Shown: positions 43,997 through 53,471, counted from the whole stretch's first letter. The stretch: 61,357 nucleotides of DNA, filler included, from 4 parts of 4 records of this genome joined end to end with filler, not necessarily neighbours in it, one strand, 5' to 3'. Numbers and translations are program-made. Notes: generated from the letters alone by a model not told the origin.

Positions 43997-45830
43997 TTTC
44001 AGAACTCACATCTTCAAGATTTTTAAATGAAGTGTAAAGTGTATTCCTTAAGTAAGGTATTTTATCAGCATCTTTTATAAGATTTATAAATTCTAAATCA
44101 GTAGTTTCTTGTCCATGATTAGCACCAGAAGCTCTGCTTATATTTTCATTGATTAATGTTCCGCCTAAATCATTTACACCTGACCTAAGAAGAACTTTTG
44201 CGCCATCATGTCCAAGTTTTACCCAACTGGCTTGGATGTTGTCTACTGTGTTATAAAAATAAATTCTGGCAAGCGCATGCATAAGTACAATCTCATCCCA
44301 AGTAGGACCCGGCATACTTTTTCCTTGGAGGAAGATTGGAGACCCCATATGGACAAACGGAAGTGGGACAATTTCTGTAAATCCTTGTGTTTTGATTTGT
44401 ATGCTTTTTATTAATTTAAAATGATTAACCCATGATTCTAAATCATCAATATGTCCAAACATAATTGTTGCCGTAGACTTAATTCCCAACGAGTGAGCGA
44501 CTTCCATTACATACCCCCACTGAGAAGAGGTGATCTTATCATCACATAAAAACTTTCTAATCCTGTCATCAAGTATCTCAGCTGCTGTTCCAGGAAGGGT
44601 TCCAAGCCCTGCTTCTTTAAGTTCTGTTAAATATGTTTCGACAGATTTATTAACTGTACTTGCACCTTGCCATATCTCTAGAGGAGTAAAACCGTGAATA
44701 TGCATATCTGGTAACTCGTCTTTAATTTTTTTTACTAAATCAATATAAAAATCCCCGGTGTAGCTTGGATGAATCCCTCCTTGTAAGCAGACTTCAGATG
44801 CTCCAGTTTGGTGAGCTTCTATAGTTCGTTGTAAAACTTCCTCGGGAGTTAAAGTGTATGGCTTTTCTTTGAGGTCTAAACTTTGCGGACCTTTTGAGAA
44901 ACCACAGAATCCACACTTGTAGTAACACTGATTTGTATAGTTAATGTTTCGATTTTTCACAAAAGTGACTTTATTGCCGTGAACACTTCTTGTTAAATCA
45001 TCTGCAATTTCCGCAACTCTATTCACATATTTTCCAGATGTTTTAAAGAGTTCTAAAAGATCACTTTCGTTTAATGTTTTTGTTTTGTCGAAATTATCTA
45101 AAATCTTTTCAAAATTAGAAGTTTTATAATCAGATAAACTTTCAGAGGAAAAGTTTACTAATTTTGGGATTGGTACTCCGCTACCCGGATACCATTTTGT
45201 GGTTTCTCTCTTGTAACCTCGTACATTTCTTGTTTGTAAATAATTTGTAAACTCTGTTTTTTCTAGATTCGATCGGGCCTCATTGACATCAAATAACGGT
45301 GATAATAATGTTCTCTCATATACTGGTTCTTCTGTCTTGCCCTGTAATTCAAATATCTGGTCTTTGCTCCAGTCTCGTAGAAATAAATCATCTATTCCAT
45401 TTTCAACAGCTTCTATAGCGTCATCCACAGAGTTCGCATAAATCGAGATATTAAAATTGGTAACGCCGTTTATAGATTGTAAAAAAGCAACGTCACTTAT
45501 GTCCTCTATTAATATTGTTGAAGGCTTGTTTCTAGAGATTATCTCTAGTGCATTTTCTTTATTACCTTTGTATCTATAAATAAGTCTTTTTGAATTGTGG
45601 GTTATTTTAGAAGTAACATTCTCATCAGTAATAAACCATGCTGACGAACTTATTGAAAGATCTGAAGCTAGAGTTTGAAATCCTTTAATTAAAAGATTTT
45701 CATAATTAACGGGGATTTCACTTTTTAATGTAAAAGTAGAAGTACCTTCTTTTGCTCTTGAGTTTAAATATATTTCATTGTCACTATCACATGGACGTAT
45801 TCTTAAATATGAGATATTTTTATCTATCAT
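43980..45830 (-). CDS. cofH: FO synthase subunit CofH with a ~220-aa N-terminal extension
   Basis: NRNINYTNQCYYKCGFC, EVCLQGG, PGTAAEIL, NIQASWVKLG, NDLGGTLINENISRASGA. Confidence 0.93.
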   Translation of the reverse strand: MIDKNISYLRIRPCDSDNEIYLNSRAKEGTSTFTLKSEIPVNYENLLIKGFQTLASDLSISSSAWFITDENVTSKITHNSKRLIYRYKGNKENALEIISRNKPSTILIEDISDVAFLQSINGVTNFNISIYANSVDDAIEAVENGIDDLFLRDWSKDQIFELQGKTEEPVYERTLLSPLFDVNEARSNLEKTEFTNYLQTRNVRGYKRETTKWYPGSGVPIPKLVNFSSESLSDYKTSNFEKILDNFDKTKTLNESDLLELFKTSGKYVNRVAEIADDLTRSVHGNKVTFVKNRNINYTNQCYYKCGFCGFSKGPQSLDLKEKPYTLTPEEVLQRTIEAHQTGASEVCLQGGIHPSYTGDFYIDLVKKIKDELPDMHIHGFTPLEIWQGASTVNKSVETYLTELKEAGLGTLPGTAAEILDDRIRKFLCDDKITSSQWGYVMEVAHSLGIKSTATIMFGHIDDLESWVNHFKLIKSIQIKTQGFTEIVPLPFVHMGSPIFLQGKSMPGPTWDEIVLMHALARIYFYNTVDNIQASWVKLGHDGAKVLLRSGVNDLGGTLINENISRASGANHGQETTDLEFINLIKDADKIPYLRNTLYTSFKNLEDVSSENVIKI

Positions 45831-46930
45831 TGCTTTGGATACCCATCCTCATCAATAACATTACTAACTTTTTCTAGAACTGGTGGACTTAACCATTCAT
45901 TATTTATGAAATTTGGATAAACCGGTAATCTTTTAATTAAAGTTTGGCCACTTATTTGCGATAGTTTCTCTAAGTTCTCAATATCAGGCCAAAGATGGTC
46001 GGGATTAACCCAATCAATAGTTTTGGGAGATATGCCACCTAAATCATTTACACCACTCGTAAGATACATTTCTATATCTGGTGACAGATTTGGAGGTACC
46101 TGTAGTGATATTTGTGTTGGGAGTAAAATCCTTACAGTTGCGATAATTCTTAGAAACAAATCATTAATTACCTCCGCATTATTTCTCATCAATGTGTTTT
46201 GTTTAGCTCTAAAATTCTGAAGTATTATTTCCTGAATTGCAGCATTTTCTTTACATGTATTAACTAATTGGACAATATCTTCAATTAATTCGTTTTTAGT
46301 TTCTGTAATTCCAATCAGTAAACCTGTTGTCATGGGGTATCTCATTTCCTGTGCGTTATTGAGTGTTTTTATTCTGAGGTCGATTTGCTTAGTATTTGCT
46401 TTGTAATGTGCTCTCCCCTTTTCTAATAATTTAGGTGAATAGCTCTCTAGCATTAAGCCTCCTGATGGAGAATATTTTTTATAGTTAGAAATCTCATCCG
46501 ATGTCATAAGTCCTGGATTTGCATGTGGGAATATATTGTATCTTTCGTGAATCCTTTTCATATTTTCAGTTAAATATTCGTTTGTAGTTGTGAAACCAAA
46601 GCTATTTAACTGTTGTTTTGCAAAATCCCATTTAACTTCAGGCTTATCACCTAATGTGAATAACGCCTCAAAACATCCTGAAGATTCTCCAACGGATGCG
46701 ATTGATTCAACTTCTTCATAACTGAGATATGTTCCACCTTCTTTTGGTGATTTAACAAATGTGCAATATGCACATGAATCTTGGCATAAAGTTGTAAGGG
46801 GTATAAAAACTTTAGGACTATATGTTATTTTATCTCCAAAATTTACTTTTTTTATCTCAAAAGCTTCTGACGTCAAATCAGAGGTAGGGATTGCTCCAAA
46901 TATATAATTTTCGACTTTTTCTTTTAACAT
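45827..46930 (-). CDS. cofG: FO synthase subunit CofG
   Basis: ITYSPKVFIPLTTLCQDSCAYC, PHANPG, TTGLLIGI, QNFRAK, QVPPNL, DLGGISP. Confidence 0.95.
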   Translation of the reverse strand: MLKEKVENYIFGAIPTSDLTSEAFEIKKVNFGDKITYSPKVFIPLTTLCQDSCAYCTFVKSPKEGGTYLSYEEVESIASVGESSGCFEALFTLGDKPEVKWDFAKQQLNSFGFTTTNEYLTENMKRIHERYNIFPHANPGLMTSDEISNYKKYSPSGGLMLESYSPKLLEKGRAHYKANTKQIDLRIKTLNNAQEMRYPMTTGLLIGITETKNELIEDIVQLVNTCKENAAIQEIILQNFRAKQNTLMRNNAEVINDLFLRIIATVRILLPTQISLQVPPNLSPDIEMYLTSGVNDLGGISPKTIDWVNPDHLWPDIENLEKLSQISGQTLIKRLPVYPNFINNEWLSPPVLEKVSNVIDEDGYPKQ

Positions 46931-47027
46931 TCCTTATAACACTTTAGAGTTAACAAATATTTAATAAATTTAACACAATTTATGTACTGAATCCTTTATG
47001 ATTATAATTTGATTGTAAGAGGTATTA

Positions 47028-48041
47028 ATGAACATTTCGATTTTAGGCTTTGGACGAATAGGTAGAGACCTTCTTAGACAAACTCTCAACAATGACTTAA
47101 TAAATATAGTTTCGATCTCTGATATTGCAGACAAAGAAAATCTTCTTTATTTACTGAAGTATGACACTATTTATGGAAAGCTTGATGCAGAAATTGAAAA
47201 TACTGAAACAGGTTTCAAAGTAAATGGTAAAGAAATCCTATTCAATAACTGGAAAGATGCATCTGAAGCTTCATGGGAAGATGTACAAACCGATATATTA
47301 ATCATATCTACCGGAAGGCAACAAGATATTGATGAAGTAAATGAACACCTAGAAAAAGGGTGCAAACGAGTATTAATAGCATCAACGCCTAAACCTGGAA
47401 GCGATATTCAAATATATGTTCCTGGTGCCAATGATTCAGAGGTTGACTTTTCAGATAAGAAAATTTCACTGGGTTCAAATACAGCAAATGCTGTATCTCC
47501 TCTACTCAAAATTTTGAATGAGAGTTTTAAAGTAGAAAGGGCATTTTTAACAACTGTTCATGGCTACTCAAACTCAAACCGTTTAGCAGATGTAGCTGGA
47601 GAGGGGTTCAGGTTAAATAGAGCAGCTGGAGAAAATATTATTCCTAGTATTACAAAATCTTCTGAAGTAATTGAAACTGTTTTACCATTTATGAAGGATA
47701 AAGTTGCTTCATCTTCCATGACAGTTCCAGTCCCTGATGGAAGTACTGTTGACTTAACTATTGATATTAACAAACCAGCTACCGCAGATGAAGTTAATGA
47801 AGTAATCTCAAAAGCAGTCAAATACCTACCGTATAACAAAGTTCTAGATATTACATTTGACCCAATAGTCTCATCTGATGTTGTTGGTAACTCGCATTCA
47901 GGCATCATTGATGGATTAGCAACTATGGAAATAAACAAAAATAAAATTAAACTACTCGTGTGGTTTGATAACGGATGGGGTTACAGCGCGAGAATAATTG
48001 ATACAATAAACAAACTCGCAGAAAGTAGTACAAATGAATAA
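47028..48041 (+). CDS. GAPDH-family protein lacking the catalytic cysteine (putative pseudoenzyme)
   Basis: Full-length GAPDH fold (GFGRIGR, LLKYDT, TTVH, NIIP, VPVPDGS, WFDNGWGYS), but SLGSNTANA replaces SNASCTTNC. Confidence 0.9.
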   Translation: MNISILGFGRIGRDLLRQTLNNDLINIVSISDIADKENLLYLLKYDTIYGKLDAEIENTETGFKVNGKEILFNNWKDASEASWEDVQTDILIISTGRQQDIDEVNEHLEKGCKRVLIASTPKPGSDIQIYVPGANDSEVDFSDKKISLGSNTANAVSPLLKILNESFKVERAFLTTVHGYSNSNRLADVAGEGFRLNRAAGENIIPSITKSSEVIETVLPFMKDKVASSSMTVPVPDGSTVDLTIDINKPATADEVNEVISKAVKYLPYNKVLDITFDPIVSSDVVGNSHSGIIDGLATMEINKNKIKLLVWFDNGWGYSARIIDTINKLAESSTNE

Positions 48042-49038
48042 CATCGCAATAAATGGTTTCGGTAGAATTGGAAGATCTATTCTTAGGATAATTATTGAAA
48101 GCAATTCTGATCTAAACGTAGTTGCTATCAACGACCTTGGAAATTATGAAAACCTTTCATACCTTTTAAAGCATGACTCAGTTATGGGTGTATTAAATCA
48201 TGAAGTAAAGCTTGATGGTGACATATTAAAAATAGATGAAAGAGAGATAAAATTAGTTTCCGTAGCAGATCCTTCTCAGCTGCCGTGGAATGAATTAAAC
48301 GTAGATATTGTTATTGAATCAACTGGAATCTTTGCAGATAGACAATCACTCGAAAAGCACATAACAGCTGGTGCAAAAAAAGTCGTGTTAACAGTACCAC
48401 CAAAAGACGCTATAGATGCAACTGTTGTACTTGGTGTAAATGATGAAGATATTACAGATGAATCTCAATTAATTTCCAATGCTTCGTGTACAACTAATTG
48501 TTTAGCCCCTATTGCAAAAGTGTTAAATGATAATTTTGGTATAAAATCGGGTTTGATGACAACTATCCATGCATATACAAATGATCAAGCGTTAGCAGAA
48601 ACTACACATAAAGATTTTAGAAGAGGAAGAAGTGCTACACAAAATATCATTCCTACATCAACCGGGGCAGCAAAAGCTGTTGGTATGGTTCTTCCTGAAT
48701 TAAATGGTAAATTAGACGGTATGGCCATGAGAGTTCCTGTTCCAGATGGCAGTGTGGTTGATTTAGTTGTAGAACTTGAAAAAAATGTTTCAATTGAAGA
48801 TGTCAATAATGCTGTTAAAAAAGCTTCGGAGAATGAGCTTAAAGGAATACTTGAATACTCTTCTGTTCCGTTAGTTTCTACTGATATTCTTCAAAATCCA
48901 CACTCAAGTATTTATGATGCATCATCAACACAGCTTTTAGATGGCAATCATATAAAAGTTGTATGCTGGTACGACAATGAGTGGGGTTACTCAAACAGAA
49001 TAGTTGACCTTGTTAATATGCTTGTGAGTAAAAAGTAA
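48034..49038 (+). CDS. gap: Type I glyceraldehyde-3-phosphate dehydrogenase
   Basis: INGFGRIGR, SNASCTTNCLAP, NIIPTSTGAAKAV, WYDNEWGYS. Confidence 0.98.
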   Translation: MNNIAINGFGRIGRSILRIIIESNSDLNVVAINDLGNYENLSYLLKHDSVMGVLNHEVKLDGDILKIDEREIKLVSVADPSQLPWNELNVDIVIESTGIFADRQSLEKHITAGAKKVVLTVPPKDAIDATVVLGVNDEDITDESQLISNASCTTNCLAPIAKVLNDNFGIKSGLMTTIHAYTNDQALAETTHKDFRRGRSATQNIIPTSTGAAKAVGMVLPELNGKLDGMAMRVPVPDGSVVDLVVELEKNVSIEDVNNAVKKASENELKGILEYSSVPLVSTDILQNPHSSIYDASSTQLLDGNHIKVVCWYDNEWGYSNRIVDLVNMLVSKK

Positions 49039-49040
49039 AA

Positions 49041-49454
49041 ATGGATTTACCAAATCCTCCGCAAGCAGTTGGCAATTATATAACGTTAAAAAGAGCAGGA
49101 AATCTAATTTATACATCTGGTCATATACCAATAACCGAATCTATTAAATTTACAGGAAAAGTTCCGAGTGAAGTAAGCGTTGAAGAAGCCTATAAATCAG
49201 CGGCTTTATGTGCGGAGCTAACTTTATCTACATTAAGTACAGCTTATGATTTGCATTCACTAACTCCCCTCAATGTTGTCGGTTTTGTAAATTCAGATCC
49301 TTCTTTCACTGATCATGCTGGTGTCCTAAATGGTTTTACAGACAAATTATCAGAAATCTACGATGAAAAAGCTACTCGATCTGCAGTTGGAGTAGCAAGC
49401 TTACCGTTAAATGTAAGTGTTGAGGTACAGACTATTTTTATGTTAAATGGGTAA
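49041..49454 (+). CDS. Rid (YjgF/YER057c/UK114) family protein
   Basis: PQAVGNY, YTSGHIP, TRSAVGVASLP (conserved Arg). Confidence 0.9.
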   Translation: MDLPNPPQAVGNYITLKRAGNLIYTSGHIPITESIKFTGKVPSEVSVEEAYKSAALCAELTLSTLSTAYDLHSLTPLNVVGFVNSDPSFTDHAGVLNGFTDKLSEIYDEKATRSAVGVASLPLNVSVEVQTIFMLNG

Positions 49455-50151
49455 ATTAGTAGCAATCTCAACAGGGACTCAAAGTGTAACGATGTCCCCA
49501 GGTGAAATAGAATGTTCAGTGCTGAACATGGCATTTGTCACCCTATGTAATAAATATGGTGCCGAAGCCATCATTGTACCTCCACAGGACTTATCTGTAG
49601 ATTTTACAAATGCAAGCTTTGATCGCTTAATCATTACCGGTGGTGGAGATATAAATCCTAAGCGATATGGACAAGATTTAAATGATAAAACTGAAAGGGT
49701 TTCAGATGAAAGAGATCAGACCGAACTTAATCTTCTTCAACTAGCTGAAGATAATTTTATAAAAACATTGGCTATATGTAGGGGCCACCAATTGCTTAAT
49801 GTATACAAAGGTGGGTCCCTACATCAGGATATTAGTGAAAGTTTTGAGACAGATATAGAGCATCTACAAATTAACGAAGCTGCTTCAAAACACATACACA
49901 ATGTCAACATATTAGAAGATACTACTTTAAATAAAGTCTCAGAAAAGAACTTGGTTGCTGTGAACAGTATTCATCATCAAGTAGTTAACGAACTTGGAGA
50001 AAATCTAAAAATTAATGCTATTTCGGAAGATAATTTAATTGAAGGTATAGAAGGTACAACCGATTGGGAAGTCATTGGAATACAATGGCATCCAGAAAAC
50101 TTGCTTGATGACGAAATAACTAATGATTTAATGAAATGGCTATTGAACTAA
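49447..50151 (+). CDS. Peptidase C26 / gamma-glutamyl-gamma-aminobutyrate hydrolase-like glutamine amidotransferase
   Basis: TGGGDINP, AICRGHQ (Cys), VNSIHHQ, IQWHPE (His-Glu). Confidence 0.92.
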   Translation: MGKLVAISTGTQSVTMSPGEIECSVLNMAFVTLCNKYGAEAIIVPPQDLSVDFTNASFDRLIITGGGDINPKRYGQDLNDKTERVSDERDQTELNLLQLAEDNFIKTLAICRGHQLLNVYKGGSLHQDISESFETDIEHLQINEAASKHIHNVNILEDTTLNKVSEKNLVAVNSIHHQVVNELGENLKINAISEDNLIEGIEGTTDWEVIGIQWHPENLLDDEITNDLMKWLLN

Positions 50152-50616
50152 ATCAAGATTAATCAGAGTTAAAATATTTTCTTTGTATTCAAAGAAATCA
50201 CTATTGTAAGGAATAATAATTTCTGAATCTTTTTTCAAAGTTAGATATATTAATTCTTCAGCATAAAAATAATTTTGTACATAAAATTCAGTATTAACTT
50301 GTGAACCTACAAAAAAGCCTGGCCAAGGAAGATTGTTAGAAATGAAATTATCTATTTCACTTAAAGAGATAAGAACATCTTGATCTCTAAAGTTAACTAT
50401 TTCATTAATTGAATCAAGATCTTTAAACTTTACTAGATACCGATTTTTCAAATGGGTTTTAAAATCTTCTATTTTATATTCTTCATCATTGATAAATACG
50501 TCTAACCCGGATAAGTTAAATTTTCTAAAGTATACGTCATGATTAAGATAAATGTATCCATTAAGTGCGTGAGGCTTACCAAGTACTCCAAGAGGAAAAA
50601 GGTTTTTTTTAGTCAA
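50140..50616 (-). CDS. rimM: Ribosome maturation factor RimM, divergent
   Basis: LGVLGKPHALNG N-terminal motif; overlaps the khpA stop. Confidence 0.82.
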   Translation of the reverse strand: MTKKNLFPLGVLGKPHALNGYIYLNHDVYFRKFNLSGLDVFINDEEYKIEDFKTHLKNRYLVKFKDLDSINEIVNFRDQDVLISLSEIDNFISNNLPWPGFFVGSQVNTEFYVQNYFYAEELIYLTLKKDSEIIIPYNSDFFEYKENILTLINLDLVQ

Positions 50617-50714
50617 TAAATTCGACTGATGAATCTAGACCCTCTTCATCAGCAGCAGCTTGCGCAACTGTTCTTATTGCTCGTGCTACACGGCCTCTTT
50701 TACCTATGACTCTA
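50609..50714 (-). CDS. khpA: KH-domain RNA-binding protein KhpA, 3' fragment (not in ORF track)
   Basis: RVIGKRGRVARAIRTVAQAAADEEGLDSSVEFID*; GxxG loop; khpA-rimM order. Confidence 0.88.
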
Positions 50715-50814
50715 NNNNNNNNNNNNNNNNNNNNNNNNNNNNNNNNNNNNNNNNNNNNTTAATTAATTAANNNNNNNNNNNNNNNNNNNNNNNNNNNNNN
50801 NNNNNNNNNNNNNN
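50715..50814. other. Artificial contig spacer
   Basis: 44 N + TTAATTAATTAA + 44 N. Confidence 0.99.
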
Positions 50815-51981
50815 ATTAATGTAAGCACTCAACACCTAATTACTGAAAATAATCGCATATCCAGTAAAAAAAGCAGAATTATTGCAGCTCAACAACAAGT
50901 TATAAGATATGACAGAGAATGCATAGATGAAATAAGTCACGAATCCGAGCAAAAAATTATTAGTCTTTTTAGATCTATAGTAATAAATTATGATGTTATT
51001 TTGCTTTCAGATTATGGTAAAGGGCTGCTCACTTTTGATTTGACTCAATCTATTATTAGTATTTCTTCAGAATTCAATAAGAAGTTACTAGTTGATCCAA
51101 AAGGCACTGACTATTTAAAATACAAAGGAGCCTATCTTCTAACTCCAAATAAGAAAGAGGCGAGTGAGGCAACAAATATATCTATAAAAGATAATAAAAG
51201 CATTGAGTCTGCGATCAAAGAGCTTAAAAAACGTTGTGATTTAAAACTTTCGCTTATTACTCTTAGTGATCAAGGTGTAGCGATCTTTGATACAGAATTT
51301 AGAATTCATCCTACTGTTGCAATTGAGGTATTTGATGTAACTGGTGCTGGTGATACAATCTTAGCTTCATTAGGATTTGCAATTTCTTGTAATAAGGATA
51401 TAGACGAGGCAGTTAAATTTGCGAATTTGGCTTCAGGTGTTGTAGTTGCTAAAATTGGATCTGCAACAGCTTCTCTTGATGAAATTAATGAATATCAGTC
51501 AAATCTTAATAATGAGAGTGCCAATAAAGCTATCAAAACTTGGGATGAAATAAATACTAAAGTAACCCAACTAAAAGAACAAAATAATAGGATTGTTTTT
51601 ACAAATGGTTGTTTCGATATATTACATACCGGACATATTAAATACTTAGAAAAAGCAAAAAGTTTTGGTGATAAGTTAATTGTAGGTCTAAATTCAGATA
51701 AATCAATACAAAAAATTAAAGGTATAAATCGTCCAATAAATACTCAAGCTGATCGAGCGTATATTCTTGCTTCAATTGAATTTGTAGACTATGTTGTTAT
51801 ATTTGAAGATAAGACCCCTTTAAAATTAATTGAATTGATAAATCCAGATGTGCTTGTTAAAGGTGGAGACTATAAGGACAAATATGTGGTTGGGCAAGAA
51901 ATTGCCAATGAATTAAAAATTGTAAATTTTATTGAAGGAAAAAGTACTACTAAAACCATAAAACAAATAAAAGAATTATGA
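50815..51981 (+). CDS. hldE: Bifunctional heptose kinase / adenylyltransferase, 5' end cut by contig edge
   Basis: Frame open from the spacer (KKSRIIAAQQQVIRYD); SDYGKG, DVTGAGDT, FTNGCFDILHTGH, VKGGDY. Confidence 0.97.
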   Translation: MNVSTQHLITENNRISSKKSRIIAAQQQVIRYDRECIDEISHESEQKIISLFRSIVINYDVILLSDYGKGLLTFDLTQSIISISSEFNKKLLVDPKGTDYLKYKGAYLLTPNKKEASEATNISIKDNKSIESAIKELKKRCDLKLSLITLSDQGVAIFDTEFRIHPTVAIEVFDVTGAGDTILASLGFAISCNKDIDEAVKFANLASGVVVAKIGSATASLDEINEYQSNLNNESANKAIKTWDEINTKVTQLKEQNNRIVFTNGCFDILHTGHIKYLEKAKSFGDKLIVGLNSDKSIQKIKGINRPINTQADRAYILASIEFVDYVVIFEDKTPLKLIELINPDVLVKGGDYKDKYVVGQEIANELKIVNFIEGKSTTKTIKQIKEL

Positions 51982-52544
51982 AGAAAATTATTATCCAAGA
52001 ACTAAATTCGCACTTATTCGCAGCCAATCAACTCTCTAAATTATCTACTGAAATTGAAACTTCTGCAAAGCTATGTATAGATTGTATCAATAATAATGGA
52101 AAGGTTTTAATTTTTGGAAATGGAGGTAGTGCTGCAGATGCCCAACACTTCGCAGCAGAGCTTGTGGGAAGATTTAAAAACAGTCGAAAAGGTTTACCTG
52201 CGGTCGCTTTAACTACTGATTCATCAGCACTCACATCAATTGGAAATGACTTTGGCTTTAAATATGTATTTCAACGCCAGATAGAAGCTCTAGCAAATAA
52301 AGGTGATGTGGTTATTGGCATTAGTACTAGTGGTCAAAGTAAAAATGTCAATTCTGCTCTTAAACTTGCTTCAATATTAGGTTGTGAAACTATTGGTCTA
52401 AGTGGAGAGGATGCAGGTGAAATGATTAATATTTGCAACCTCACTTTGGCTATGCCTTCATTTGACACTCCTAGAATTCAAGAATTACACATAATTGTTA
52501 TCCATATAATTTGCCATTTAATTGACCAAAAATTTCAAGAATAA
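51978..52544 (+). CDS. gmhA: Phosphoheptose isomerase
   Basis: GNGGSAADAQHFAAE, IGNDFG, ISTSG, RIQELH. Confidence 0.97.
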   Translation: MKKIIIQELNSHLFAANQLSKLSTEIETSAKLCIDCINNNGKVLIFGNGGSAADAQHFAAELVGRFKNSRKGLPAVALTTDSSALTSIGNDFGFKYVFQRQIEALANKGDVVIGISTSGQSKNVNSALKLASILGCETIGLSGEDAGEMINICNLTLAMPSFDTPRIQELHIIVIHIICHLIDQKFQE

Positions 52545-53471
52545 TTAGAGTTTTTTTACTGCATGTAAAACTTCTTTAGCATTTAATAGCTTCATACAAT
52601 TATGATGCTTTAATGGACAAGATCGACGCATACATGGCTGGCAATCTAAGTTTTTCTTGACTATTATGCTTTTTTCATTCATCCACTGAGATGTTTCTTT
52701 GTCTTTAGTTGGGCCAAAAATTGCCACTGTAGGAACCTGAAATGCAGCCGCTATATGCATTGGACCGCTATCTCCAGTAATTAGTAAATCAAGGCCAGAA
52801 ATATATGTCATTAATTCATTTAAGGTAGTCTTGCCTGCAAGATTTTGATAGTTAGAAATACCATTATCAATCAAATAATTTTCAATATCTTTTGTAATTT
52901 CTATCTCTAGAGGTCCTCCAAAAAGAACAATGTCATAATCAATTGACAAATCAATAGCTACTGAAGCAAACTCCTTTGGATACCAGCGCTTTGCACTTCC
53001 ATAAGATGCACCAGGATTTACACCTAATAATTTTTTTCTTCCACTGTTAACTTTCTTTTCTGAATATAATTTTAATTTTCCTGGAGTAGAGTAAATATTA
53101 AGGCTGGAGTTAATAAAATTATTGTATTTCTCTACTTGATGATTTCCATTACTCCTTTTTTTATTATATTGATACTTAGCCTTAGATTTAACTAATGCTT
53201 TTATTAATTTAGATCGAAAAGAACCCCTAAATGAGAAAAAAATATCAAATTCTCCAAAATTCTTTAATACATTTTGATAATCTATAATTCTTTTTTCCAA
53301 AACATAGACTTGAGTAACTTTTGGATGGCTTTTTAGGACTTCTAAAGAAACAAATGAACCTATCAAGGTAATTTCAATGTTACTCAAGCTCCTCACAAGA
53401 TTTTCAATAGCAGGAGTTACCATTATTGTATCTCCAAGCCAAGTAGGAAGATCTATCAGAACCTTCATCAA
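52545..53471 (-). CDS. waaF: LPS heptosyltransferase II (GT9)
   Basis: LPTWLGD, NPGASYGSAKRW, DSGPMHIAAA, FGPT. Confidence 0.9.
   Translation of the reverse strand: MMKVLIDLPTWLGDTIMVTPAIENLVRSLSNIEITLIGSFVSLEVLKSHPKVTQVYVLEKRIIDYQNVLKNFGEFDIFFSFRGSFRSKLIKALVKSKAKYQYNKKRSNGNHQVEKYNNFINSSLNIYSTPGKLKLYSEKKVNSGRKKLLGVNPGASYGSAKRWYPKEFASVAIDLSIDYDIVLFGGPLEIEITKDIENYLIDNGISNYQNLAGKTTLNELMTYISGLDLLITGDSGPMHIAAAFQVPTVAIFGPTKDKETSQWMNEKSIIVKKNLDCQPCMRRSCPLKHHNCMKLLNAKEVLHAVKKL

Noticed and set aside
46931-47027. Rex-like operator in the cofG/gap divergent region
   Set aside because: Only weak AT-rich symmetry (GTTAA...TTAAC); no convincing match to TTGTGAA-N4-TTCACAA
47028-48041. Erythrose-4-phosphate dehydrogenase (Epd), or a decayed pseudogene
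   Set aside because: Epd keeps the catalytic Cys; the frame is intact and full length with an SD-like AGAGG upstream
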